Sequence record: MT150133.1
Direction: 5' to 3' (one strand)
Origin: Enterobacteria phage vB_EcoM_IME540
DNA length: 64,000 bases
Positions 17,263 to 26,468 of the stretch are shown one piece after another. The notes beneath the pieces were generated by a model. It did not search any database. It saw nothing but the letters and a program-made list of their open reading frames with translations, and was not told the origin of the DNA. The stretch's first letter is position 1, and every line of letters starts with the position of its first letter. A program made the position numbers and the translations under genes.

Positions 17263-17661
17263 TTATTTCATTTTTGCGAGGCAGATTTCATTGGCTTCCC
17301 ATTGAGCTTGCTTAATAATAGCTTTGGATACAGGAGCCCTTTGCCCATAAGTTTTTGACGTTGAGAGAACAATACATTTGTTTGCTTCATTATGCCAGCC
17401 CCATGATTTTTCGCCATGAGTACCTTTAACTACAGCTGACACCTCAACAGAGCAACCGCCATCAGAAATCTTGGTTTCGACAACCCATTCATTTCTCTCA
17501 GCAGCTTCAATTTCTAATCTAGTTTTTTCTTCATACATCGCGGCCCAATCAGTTTTTGCCAAGTTGAAAGTAAGAGCTTTCTCTAATTCTTTGGCATATT
17601 TTTGTTGTTCAGGTGTTAATGAATTATACAACTCTTGCATTTCTTTATCTTCGATATTCAT
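17263..17661 (-). CDS. hypothetical protein (132 aa)
   Basis: ORF track. Confidence 0.5.
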   Translation of the reverse strand: MNIEDKEMQELYNSLTPEQQKYAKELEKALTFNLAKTDWAAMYEEKTRLEIEAAERNEWVVETKISDGGCSVEVSAVVKGTHGEKSWGWHNEANKCIVLSTSKTYGQRAPVSKAIIKQAQWEANEICLAKMK

Positions 17662-17719
17662 TATGTTCTCCTCAAATTATGGGCTCATAATATCTTAATC
17701 ATGAGCCCATGTAAACGTT

Positions 17720-17983
17720 TTATTTCATATTATTGAAATAATTTTCTGCATCAAAATCATTACCATGGTAAACTTTGGTAGACGATTTGGCGTAACCTTC
17801 AGCTGAGAACATATTAATCACAACTTTAATTGTATACCACTGTCCATCTTCATTACCCATTACTGCATAGGTTTCATACACCGGGTGTTCAGGACCGATA
17901 ACCTTAATATCGTTAACTGTGGCACCAAATTCTTCCGGAACGCATTTCATAAAGAAATTAAACACTTCACCATAATTATCCAT
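17720..17983 (-). CDS. hypothetical small protein (start at ATG 17983)
   Basis: Track start is GTG at 17998; ATG 17981-17983 preceded by GAAGGAG; promoter cassette immediately upstream. Confidence 0.5.
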   Translation of the reverse strand: MDNYGEVFNFFMKCVPEEFGATVNDIKVIGPEHPVYETYAVMGNEDGQWYTIKVVINMFSAEGYAKSSTKVYHGNDFDAENYFNNMK

Positions 17984-18007
17984 TTTACTCTCCTTCACTC
18001 TGTTGTT

Positions 18008-18047
18008 TTGATAGGTCTATAGTATCATGTTTAAAGGAGGTGTAAAC
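18008..18047 (-). promoter_or_regulatory. early promoter cassette (PeSL-like) copy 5
   Basis: Same core; lies between terminator 18069-18099 and gene start 17983. Confidence 0.6.
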
Positions 18048-18068
18048 ATCTTTTTTAAACTTTTAGAA

Positions 18069-18099
18069 ACAAAAAAGGCCCAACCTTTCGGAAGGGCCG
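18069..18099 (-). terminator. intrinsic terminator
   Basis: Minus strand GGCCCTTCCGAAAGGTTGGGCC followed by TTTTTT; downstream of ORF 18104-18658. Confidence 0.6.
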
Positions 18100-18103
18100 T
18101 GAA

Positions 18104-18658
18104 TCAGTTCTTGTAGAACCGGAACGGGTTTATGTGGAAGGCTAACATAGCCTTAGGGATTTTACGAGACAAAAGACTCTTAAGTTTCCAACCACAGTAC
18201 ACGCGAAGGTAAAAGGTAATTCCACCTACTTTAAGATACGGAACCGAAGCAAAGACTCCCCATGCTTCATCATTCCACATCCATAACCAACCATGGTGAG
18301 CTTTATCAGGAGAACCAGATTCTACATCAGGATTACCGCGATAATGGAATTCTGAACTACAATCACGTCCTAGTTTATGATAAGCAAAGTTATAAGCTTT
18401 ATTTCGCCATAGCCAAGCTACTCTCTGGAGGTAAACACCACCAGGCATTTTCCTGATTTTAGCCCAACGTTTAATATGACCTTTGTCGCCATCAATTGGA
18501 TTATCGTATGTCATCATCCAATCAAAGCCATAAGGCAATTTACCGGTCTTTTTATTGTAGAAAGGAACTACAAAAGGCGCAAGGATAACGGCTAGAACCA
18601 TAGAGATAAAATCCAGCGGGACCAACAGAATCCAACTCAAATATTTTAAAAGTTTCAT
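18104..18658 (-). CDS. hypothetical membrane-anchored protein (184 aa), Trp-rich
   Basis: N-terminal hydrophobic segment; followed downstream by terminator 18069-18099. Confidence 0.5.
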   Translation of the reverse strand: MKLLKYLSWILLVPLDFISMVLAVILAPFVVPFYNKKTGKLPYGFDWMMTYDNPIDGDKGHIKRWAKIRKMPGGVYLQRVAWLWRNKAYNFAYHKLGRDCSSEFHYRGNPDVESGSPDKAHHGWLWMWNDEAWGVFASVPYLKVGGITFYLRVYCGWKLKSLLSRKIPKAMLAFHINPFRFYKN

Positions 18659-18691
18659 ATTATTTCCTAAGTTAGTTTACTACATATTTAT

Positions 18692-18722
18692 ACAAAAAAG
18701 GCCCAACCTTTCGGAAGGGCCT
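18692..18722 (-). terminator. intrinsic terminator (same hairpin as 18069-18099)
   Basis: Identical 22-nt hairpin followed by TTTTTT on minus strand; downstream of tRNA/small-RNA region. Confidence 0.6.
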
Positions 18723-18952
18723 TTAACCTAGGGTAACCTTGTCGGGGTTCCACCTGCTAGGCAAGTGTTCGGTGCGCCGTTTCAGCTGTGATAGTAAAGA
18801 GCCAGAACACAGTAAAACTGTGGGAGGAACTATACTCCAGGGAACATCAGTCCGACGACTTACCGGTAGCGACCCGGTTTCTTGTTTGGTGCGCCGGTGA
18901 ATGCTGGTAATCAGTCTTCATACGACGGCTTGACTATATAATAGTCTTCATT

Positions 18953-19027
18953 TGGTATCCCGCCCTGGGATCGAACCAGGACCGCAAACTTAGAAGGATC
19001 GTATGCTATCCATTACACCAGCGGGAC
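18953..19027 (-). tRNA. tRNA-Arg (anticodon UCU), CCA encoded
   Basis: Reverse complement GTCCCGC...GATCCTTCTAAGTTTG...CCTGGTTCGATCCCAGG GCGGGAT ACCA folds as cloverleaf: 7-bp acceptor, T-arm with TTCGATC loop, anticodon loop CTTCTAA; one T-T mismatch in anticodon stem. Confidence 0.7.
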
Positions 19028-19032
19028 GTAAT

Positions 19033-19698
19033 TCAAAATTTTATTTTACGGCCTTTATTCCAACCTTCAGGAATAATATCCGTTTTGTTAATACGTTTAG
19101 AAACTTTTTCTTCTAAAGAATGAATCCACATTTTTCCATATCCGGAATTATTTTCACCTTGTTGGTGTTTATTTCTGGCGTGAGATTCTTTCATTTTATT
19201 TTTGGTTTCATCTGAATGGGTCTTACCCAAGAAAGATTTAGTATTTGAAAATTTCTCTCTATACTTAGGATTATCCCAAAGTTGTTTAAACCTTTCCGAA
19301 CCCATTTTACGATATTTTTCTTTAAGGTCTGGGTCGTTCTCAAATCTGGTTTTAAAAGCGGCAACTCCTTTTAAGGAAGCTTCTTTCTTTTTATCTAAAT
19401 ATTCTTCAGTGTTTAAATGGTCCCAACCACCTTCACCACCTAATTTCAAATTATAAACATCAGGGCGCTTTAAAAACTCTTCAGTCACAATATTCTTTTC
19501 TGACTCAAACATAGAGGTTTTATCGTCAAAGAACTCTAATATTTCTTTAGAGAAATTTTCTATACCGTATTTGACCTGGGCCCTTTTTAAGAGTTTACCA
19601 GAACCAAAATATGCATCATTCAAATTTTCGGTTGAATGGGCGCCTATATAGATTTTATTATTAATTTTGTTTGTTATTTTATAAGTGTAATGGAACAT
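19033..19698 (-). CDS. GIY-YIG homing endonuclease-like protein (segB-like, within tRNA cluster)
   Basis: N-terminus YTYKITNKINNKIYIGAHST...YFGSG; sits between two tRNA genes as segB does in T4. Confidence 0.7.
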   Translation of the reverse strand: MFHYTYKITNKINNKIYIGAHSTENLNDAYFGSGKLLKRAQVKYGIENFSKEILEFFDDKTSMFESEKNIVTEEFLKRPDVYNLKLGGEGGWDHLNTEEYLDKKKEASLKGVAAFKTRFENDPDLKEKYRKMGSERFKQLWDNPKYREKFSNTKSFLGKTHSDETKNKMKESHARNKHQQGENNSGYGKMWIHSLEEKVSKRINKTDIIPEGWNKGRKIKF

Positions 19699-19739
19699 AA
19701 ATATCTCCTATTTCTAAGAGTATTTATGTTCTCAAAATA

Positions 19740-19810
19740 TGGCCCTGGGTGGAATCGAACCACCATCCAGCGATTATGAGTCGCTCGCTTGACCGTCCAG
19801 CTACAGGGCC
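19740..19810 (-). tRNA. tRNA with anticodon CAU (Ile2-type or Met); CCA not encoded
   Basis: Reverse complement GGCCCTG TA GCTGGACGGTCAAGC G AGCGA CTCATAA TCGCT GGATG GGTGG TTCGATT CCACC CAGGGCC A; perfect anticodon and T stems. Confidence 0.75.
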
Positions 19811-19815
19811 TTAAA

Positions 19816-20088
19816 TCAAACTACAAATCCAGCAGGAGCATTATCATCTTTAGCCATGTGCTGAATTGTATGATAAGTCATTTCTTCAGGAGCAACCAGA
19901 TAAGCCGCAGCGTTAACTAGTGGAATTATTTTTGGTTTAGCGAATGTGCTATCGGCAATTGCCATAAAGGGCTCGCCATCAGTCTCAACTTCGCCAAATT
20001 GACATTCATATGAAATAGAACAACGTTTGGTAGTTGTTGTCTTGGTTTCTGGGTCGTAAAAAGCTAATTTTAATACTAACATAAACAC
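19816..20088 (-). CDS. hypothetical small protein (90 aa)
   Basis: ORF track. Confidence 0.4.
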   Translation of the reverse strand: MFMLVLKLAFYDPETKTTTTKRCSISYECQFGEVETDGEPFMAIADSTFAKPKIIPLVNAAAYLVAPEEMTYHTIQHMAKDDNAPAGFVV

Positions 20089-20256
20089 CTCAAATAAAAT
20101 TAAGTAAAGTAAGTTTGATTAATAGACCTTGTCTATTATGAAAGGTTCTTTGAGGGAAGAACCTTTGGTAATAGAGGGTATTAATGATAGAGTAATAATA
20201 ACACATTACTCTTAAAGCATATTACTATTTTTAGGAATAGTCTGGTCAAATTTGAT

Positions 20257-20547
20257 TCATTGTGGCCACATATTAATGTAATCAAGTTTAATAGAAGCAA
20301 TCTTCAAAGGATTTTTAAAGATGTCGTATTCGATCAATCCGTTTTCAGTTGCGGTGTAGAAAGTAAAGTTAACAGAATTATAACGGCGACCATTAACTTT
20401 TAGTTTAACGTCGCTTGAACTACGACCAATATTAACCTGTTGGACATCAAGCACAGCACCTTTGCCAAAGTTGCGAATCAGTAGCTCTGCTGCAACCTGG
20501 TCTGAATTATAGCCATTCTCTGGATTAGTAACCTTAACGTATAGCAT
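20257..20547 (-). CDS. hypothetical protein (96 aa)
   Basis: ORF track. Confidence 0.45.
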   Translation of the reverse strand: MLYVKVTNPENGYNSDQVAAELLIRNFGKGAVLDVQQVNIGRSSSDVKLKVNGRRYNSVNFTFYTATENGLIEYDIFKNPLKIASIKLDYINMWPQ

Positions 20548-20955
20548 TTAACCCTCGTCTACAATAGTATGGGTATTAGCATTAACAATCTGCCACCAGT
20601 CACAGTCAAAACGATTAGAACCGTAACGAGGCTTTTTCTCATTTTCGTTAATAATATCACGTAGTTCGTCTTCAGAAAATGCTTTAGCGATTAAATCGGT
20701 ATAGCCGCCACGTGGATAATAGTTATCACCTGCGAACAGAAGGAAATTTACTTTACCAGAAGGAACATATGCTTCCTTAGGATACTTGTTTCCTGCTTGG
20801 TCTACCACTTCAATATAACGGTAAGGAATATCGGTACTTTCAACCCATTGCCAAGCTGCAGCAGGGGATTCAAAAGCATCTACACCTAAACGGTTATCTT
20901 CATCTTTAGACGGATTATTTTCATAATCCGCATATACATAATATTCAATGTTCAT
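20548..20955 (-). CDS. hypothetical protein (135 aa)
   Basis: ORF track; adjacent stop/start with neighbours. Confidence 0.5.
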   Translation of the reverse strand: MNIEYYVYADYENNPSKDEDNRLGVDAFESPAAAWQWVESTDIPYRYIEVVDQAGNKYPKEAYVPSGKVNFLLFAGDNYYPRGGYTDLIAKAFSEDELRDIINENEKKPRYGSNRFDCDWWQIVNANTHTIVDEG

Positions 20956-21140
20956 TATTCACCTTTAGAGATTTTATCCATAACGAAAGAAATTGAACCA
21001 ATTAAGAATGCCACTACTAAAGAGATTATATTCTCGGAAGTTGAAAGCATATCGAGCATGAATCCTGCAAACATACTAAAGCCAAAAGCAGTAACAGCGG
21101 CCAGTGCAGTAACATTTCTAATTAATTCACAAGGTTTCAT
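20955..21140 (-). CDS. small membrane protein (~61 aa)
   Basis: Start at ATG 21138-21140 with leader GGAGAATAAAATG identical to that at 12705; two hydrophobic helices. Confidence 0.45.
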   Translation of the reverse strand: MKPCELIRNVTALAAVTAFGFSMFAGFMLDMLSTSENIISLVVAFLIGSISFVMDKISKGE

Positions 21141-21165
21141 TTTATTCTCCAATCACTCATTTGTT

Positions 21166-21206
21166 TTGATAGGGCTATAGTACCATCACTAAAGCCCGTT
21201 GTAAAC
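21166..21206 (-). promoter_or_regulatory. early promoter cassette (PeSL-like) copy 6
   Basis: Variant core TTGATAGGGCTATAGTACCA with inverted repeat GGGCT / AGCCC. Confidence 0.55.
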
Positions 21207-21208
21207 AA

Positions 21209-21481
21209 TTATTTTAAATAAATTGCATATTTTTTATAACCAGCCGTCTCGTGGCGCAGCCCTTTTTCATTAGCAAAACGTTCAATATTGTTAATTTGAT
21301 TCTGGTCGAGTTCTGAAGTATCAAATACAAAAAAGTTTCGCTTATTGCCTAAAGTTACGTGATTAGTCAAATCGATGTTATAGAGATGATTTATATTATC
21401 AATCATGGTCTTAACAGATTTGTTAATTTTTACTTCTTCATTAAGAATAGATTCAGCGATAAATTCTTGGTATGATTTCAT
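21209..21481 (-). CDS. internal-protein-like (capsid-targeted) protein
   Basis: N-terminus MKSYQEFIAES (capsid-targeting-like). Confidence 0.55.
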   Translation of the reverse strand: MKSYQEFIAESILNEEVKINKSVKTMIDNINHLYNIDLTNHVTLGNKRNFFVFDTSELDQNQINNIERFANEKGLRHETAGYKKYAIYLK

Positions 21482-21482
21482 T

Positions 21483-21707
21483 TTATTCAGCGCCAGCAGC
21501 TTTCAAAAGTTTTTTAAGATTGGCTATGCCGCCAGCAGAAAACGTGACCTTGCCACCTTTTTCATTGATAGAGCCAGTCAATTTAGCAAGCTTATCACTA
21601 GGGACTTTTTTAAAATCAGCCAGTGTGCCATCAAAGGTTTTTGTAACAATTGGCAGTTCATCTTCATGTCTTTTAGCTTCGGTGATAAATTCTTGATAAG
21701 TTTTCAT
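21483..21707 (-). CDS. internal-protein-like (capsid-targeted) protein, ipI position
   Basis: N-terminus MKTYQEFITEAK; located next to 57B as ipI in T4; promoter cassette upstream. Confidence 0.6.
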   Translation of the reverse strand: MKTYQEFITEAKRHEDELPIVTKTFDGTLADFKKVPSDKLAKLTGSINEKGGKVTFSAGGIANLKKLLKAAGAE

Positions 21708-21733
21708 TTTGATTTCCGTTTGGTTAGTTTGTT

Positions 21734-21773
21734 TTGATAGGTCTATAGTATCATGCCTATAGACCTTGTAAAC
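21734..21773 (-). promoter_or_regulatory. early promoter cassette (PeSL-like) copy 7, upstream of ipI-like gene
   Basis: Same core; inverted repeat AGGTCTATAG / CTATAGACCT. Confidence 0.6.
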
Positions 21774-21784
21774 AACTTTTTAAA

Positions 21785-22477
<693 letters not shown>

Positions 22478-22485
<8 letters not shown>

Positions 22486-23239
22486 TTTTATTTCCTAATA
22501 ATTTATCAATAGTGGTGTATAGTTCAGAAAGAGTGCCGTTATTTTCAACAACAACGTCACCAGGTAAAATTGGTAGACCCGCTTCAGTGATGTGCGAGTC
22601 TTGTACTTGACCGGTTTCAGCGCGAACTACATGAATAATCGTAGCACCCATCGCTCTGAGCGAATCAATTTCGTGTGTTTGACGAACATCAGGTACGACA
22701 TAGTATTTCGCATCAGAGTATATTTTATCAAAATAGTCTAAAGCGAACAACTTAACCCAATACATCTTATCAAATTGGTTAACAATAATATCAGTCCCAA
22801 GGGTCTGCATGAGACGACGTACTGACCAATTGTTATTTTTATTTATTACTTCAAACAGTTGGTCTTTTGTTTCTTCAGACAGATACTGGACTGCGGTAAG
22901 ACCATAATGATATGCGGTACGAACATCCATTCCTGGAATAGGAAGGATATTATTCAGTTTGACAATAGCATTTTCAAAGATATCAATCACATCATATGGT
23001 TTTAAAGGAATGATTTCTTCACGGTCGTAACCGATACCTTCAAAACAGTTAAAATCTAGTTTAGGCATGTAACTACGGTCGAATACAGGGTCATCAGAGA
23101 TGTATTCATAGGCTTCAGCCAGATACTTTTTAATAGGACCTGCGAGCTGAAATTTTACCGAATCCATATTTTCGATTACATAGTTAGCAACGGTATCCTT
23201 ACCGCTACGTTTGATTCCTACAATTGATATTAGTTTCAT
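22478..23239 (-). CDS. 1: deoxynucleoside monophosphate kinase (gp1)
   Basis: 253 aa; P-loop GIKRSGKDT; synteny. Confidence 0.85.
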
Positions 23240-23829
23240 TATTTTCTCATAGATGGATGCATAGACATACGAGCCACTCGTTGTTCGGCATACGAATCAA
23301 TTTGTGGACGACCTGTAACTATTGTACCATCTATTTCTACAGCAAACGATTTGAAGTTGAATGTTGCTGTAGCGATTATCGCTGGGTCAGAATCCTCTTT
23401 ATAAGAGTACTGGATTTCCGAGAGGTCAGATGGCCAACCACCGTAGTAATGAATGCTCATTACGATTTTTTGTTTGTTGTTATCAAGGATGTGGAGGGTG
23501 ATAGCTTCCGGTTGTCCTTTAGGGTGCCAGGCTTCTGAATCATGGGTTACATAGTTGTTTAATGACAACATCCACTTATAAACACCAAGCCATGATTTCA
23601 ATTCACGGTCTACAAGAAAGTTCACAATCAATGGATCGAATTCTACCGTAGAACCTGGCAGCTTAGCACGATGTATGCCCTGGGTCGATCCCGGGACGTC
23701 TGAGACCGGAATATGGATACCCGGTAGTGTTACATCTTGTACGTTCAATTTGAATGCCTGCGTCATTCCTGCGTCACTAACCTCTAAGATAAAGTTAGTA
23801 GTGTTAGTTTGGTTAAATAAACCGTTCAT
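23239..23829 (-). CDS. 3: gp3 tail completion/tube terminator protein
   Basis: Synteny between genes 1 and 2; start set at ATG 23827-23829 to avoid overlap with gene 2 (track start 23964). Confidence 0.65.
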   Translation of the reverse strand: MNGLFNQTNTTNFILEVSDAGMTQAFKLNVQDVTLPGIHIPVSDVPGSTQGIHRAKLPGSTVEFDPLIVNFLVDRELKSWLGVYKWMLSLNNYVTHDSEAWHPKGQPEAITLHILDNNKQKIVMSIHYYGGWPSDLSEIQYSYKEDSDPAIIATATFNFKSFAVEIDGTIVTGRPQIDSYAEQRVARMSMHPSMRK

Positions 23830-23911
23830 AGGGTTCCTATATTGCTTAAGTCCCAGACAGTGTATAATGGTCCTAGGTCTGTTCCATTCAATAACTGGCT
23901 GGGATAATAGA

Positions 23912-24748
23912 TTAAGAATTCTTCCATACTTTCTGAGCTGAGTAACGCTTACCTTTCGATACAAATTGCTGAAGCGGTAATCCTATTACATTAGCCCAAT
24001 CAGACGGTTTTATCTCTACTAAAGGTCCCTTGATATTTCCAGGGATATAAGCTTTAATCATCACGTCGGCGCCAGCGAATCCTTTTACCTTACTCCAATC
24101 GATTTTTAATTTAGTCGAGTTCGTAATGGTAGGCGTACTCGCGTATTGCTTCAGCAATTCTTCCAGAAATTGTTGACGTGCTTTAGGTGGAATATAGTGT
24201 AAGTTCAGTCCGTACATTAAATTATGCTTACCTAACCCAAGATAAATTATTAAAGGATATTTGTCCCAGTATGGTAGGGTATCCTTATGTTTGGCATCAT
24301 AGATATAAGCATAAAGCTTACCAGGAGACGGTTTAGATACCTGGTGTCCACGAATTCCTTTCTTTAATGTTTCTGTAAACCATTTAGCTGATTTATTGTT
24401 TATGGCAGCGCCTTCGTTAGCAATCTTATCGCGAATACTCTTTCTAAAACTATTCACCAAAATTAATTGACGTTCTGCTTTGGTTAATTTATTGCCAGGT
24501 TTCTTCTGAAGTTTTTCAACCTGTACAGCAGTTTTAATTCGACTCGAGTATCGAGACATCGCAGATGTAAAGCTAGAATACTTGATGCCTTTATCTTCAG
24601 CGAATTTCTTAGCCGAAACACCTTTAGCCTTAGCGTTGGCATATTCAACGCCTAAAGTTATCCATTGTTGTTCTGAACGAGTAGGCTTGGAACCTTTTGT
24701 AGTTTCAGTAGCCTCGTTGATGTAAGAAAATATACTCATCCTTTCCAT
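23912..24748 (-). CDS. 2: gp2 DNA end-protector protein
   Basis: 278 aa; synteny between 3 and 4; size matches T4 gp2. Confidence 0.75.
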   Translation of the reverse strand: MERMSIFSYINEATETTKGSKPTRSEQQWITLGVEYANAKAKGVSAKKFAEDKGIKYSSFTSAMSRYSSRIKTAVQVEKLQKKPGNKLTKAERQLILVNSFRKSIRDKIANEGAAINNKSAKWFTETLKKGIRGHQVSKPSPGKLYAYIYDAKHKDTLPYWDKYPLIIYLGLGKHNLMYGLNLHYIPPKARQQFLEELLKQYASTPTITNSTKLKIDWSKVKGFAGADVMIKAYIPGNIKGPLVEIKPSDWANVIGLPLQQFVSKGKRYSAQKVWKNS

Positions 24749-25185
24749 CCTAATTTTTTCAGTGAGTTTTCGGTAATCAATCTGAAATTAATTCCCATTT
24801 TATCTGCTGTAGCTTTAGCAGCTTTCCATTTATCTTTATTTACACTCCATGTATAATGTTCGTTGATATATCTCTTTTTAGCAGCTGTAGTCATTTTAGC
24901 AGGCGCCGCTGGAGGATGGGTCTCTTTAAAAGGTTTGACTTCGAAAAAGAATTGTTGACCATTGTCGAACTTCACCCAGAAGTCCATAAAATACCGACGT
25001 TTCTTTCCATCAGCGTTACTAAAATATGGAATCACAACCTCTTCCGAGTTCCACTGGACGACATTAGGATGGTTATCAAGCCAACGCATAAGCCATGCTT
25101 CCCAAGAGGAACGATATTGGATTTTCTTCCAATCACCTTTATATTTTTGTAAGTTTGTAGGTTTAAATTTCCCTGAGTAGGCCAT
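24736..25185 (-). CDS. 4: gp4 head completion protein
   Basis: 149 aa; size/synteny; divergent from gene 53 across palindromic late promoter region. Confidence 0.85.
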   Translation of the reverse strand: MAYSGKFKPTNLQKYKGDWKKIQYRSSWEAWLMRWLDNHPNVVQWNSEEVVIPYFSNADGKKRRYFMDFWVKFDNGQQFFFEVKPFKETHPPAAPAKMTTAAKKRYINEHYTWSVNKDKWKAAKATADKMGINFRLITENSLKKLGWKG

Positions 25186-25195
25186 AGTGCCTCCT

Positions 25196-25203
25196 TATAA
25201 ATA
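25196..25203 (+). promoter_or_regulatory. late promoter (TATAAATA) for gene 53
   Basis: Exact TATAAATA 28 nt upstream of ATG. Confidence 0.6.
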
Positions 25204-25210
25204 TTAATAT

Positions 25211-25218
25211 TATTTATA
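25211..25218 (-). promoter_or_regulatory. late promoter (TATAAATA) for gene 4
   Basis: Exact TATAAATA on minus strand 26 nt upstream of gene 4 ATG. Confidence 0.6.
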
Positions 25219-25230
25219 CTCGGAGGCACT

Positions 25231-25833
25231 ATGCTCTTCTCATTTTTCGATCCCATCGATTACGAATCAAAAACAGTCAAGCCAGATTCCGGCTCATTAA
25301 CTGATGCCGATGTACTGAGCGTACCGATGACTGATATATTTAGAAACTATAAAGAATATTTTGATAAAGTGGCTAAAAATTATACACTTAAAACATATTA
25401 TATCAGTGGGGCCCCTCGTCCAGAAGAATTAGCCCATCAACTTTATGGTAACGTGCAATTATATTGGGTCCTTTTAATGTGTAACAATATCTATGACCCT
25501 TATTACGGCTGGATTACAGGCCAAGAATCTGCGTATCAAGCAGCTATTCAACGTTATGCTACTGCAGGCGGAAACCAAGTCCTTTATCATGTCAATGAAA
25601 AGGGTGAGAAATTCTGGAATCTAGTAAATACTCCGGAAAATCCTTATACTTGGTACGATAAAGGTGATACAGAAAAACGTTATCCTCAATATGAAGGTCC
25701 TTTGGCTGCAGTAGATATTTACGAGGACGCCATTCGTAAAAATGAATATAAGCGCGAAATAAAGATTATAGACCCTAATGACATCGAGTCCTTTGTTTCC
25801 GCTTTAATTAGAGAAATGGAGAAGTCACTCTAA
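25231..25833 (+). CDS. 53: gp53 baseplate wedge protein
   Basis: 200 aa; MLFSFFDPIDYESKTV...PMTDIFRNYKEYF...YYISGAPRPEELA... close to T4 gp53. Confidence 0.9.
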   Translation: MLFSFFDPIDYESKTVKPDSGSLTDADVLSVPMTDIFRNYKEYFDKVAKNYTLKTYYISGAPRPEELAHQLYGNVQLYWVLLMCNNIYDPYYGWITGQESAYQAAIQRYATAGGNQVLYHVNEKGEKFWNLVNTPENPYTWYDKGDTEKRYPQYEGPLAAVDIYEDAIRKNEYKREIKIIDPNDIESFVSALIREMEKSL

Positions 25834-26468
25834 TGTTTTATTACGTCTATAAAATAACCAATATAATTAATGGTAAATTTTATATCGGTGCTCATAGTAC
25901 ATCAAATATGGATGACGGTTATATGGGCTCAGGTAAATTAATTAAACGCGCTATACTAAAATATGGCATTGAAAATTTCAAAAAAGAAATATTAAAATTT
26001 GTTGATTCTAAAAAAGAAATGTATGAACTCGAAAAAGAACTTGTTGTCCTTACTGAAAATTCATACAATTTAAAACCGGGCGGTTCCGGTGGGTTTTTAA
26101 AACATGATAACTTTAAAGGCAGGTCCCATAGTCAGAAAACCAAAGATATTATGAGCGCTAATAACTCAGGCAAAAACAATCCTATGTATGGTAGAAAACG
26201 AGACCAACACGGAGAAAAAGCACCTAATTATGGTAAAAAGTGCTCTGAGGCTAAAAGAAAATTACTTTCTGAAAAATCTAAATCCTATTTTGAAAACCTT
26301 CAAACCATAACTAAAAATCTCGGCTTTGGTCCTACATCGGTTGAAACTAGATATGTATCAAGACATATTAAAAAGCTAGGATTAGATTTTTATAAATTTA
26401 ATCGTGATATAACAGAAACTAATGTTTCCATAGTTAGAAATATTTTAGAACAAAGGAAAGCGCTATGA
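25833..26468 (+). CDS. GIY-YIG homing endonuclease-like protein inserted between genes 53 and 5
   Basis: N-terminus YVYKITNIINGKFYIGAHST...YMGSG, paralogous to 19033-19698; NPMYG motif. Confidence 0.7.
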   Translation: MFYYVYKITNIINGKFYIGAHSTSNMDDGYMGSGKLIKRAILKYGIENFKKEILKFVDSKKEMYELEKELVVLTENSYNLKPGGSGGFLKHDNFKGRSHSQKTKDIMSANNSGKNNPMYGRKRDQHGEKAPNYGKKCSEAKRKLLSEKSKSYFENLQTITKNLGFGPTSVETRYVSRHIKKLGLDFYKFNRDITETNVSIVRNILEQRKAL

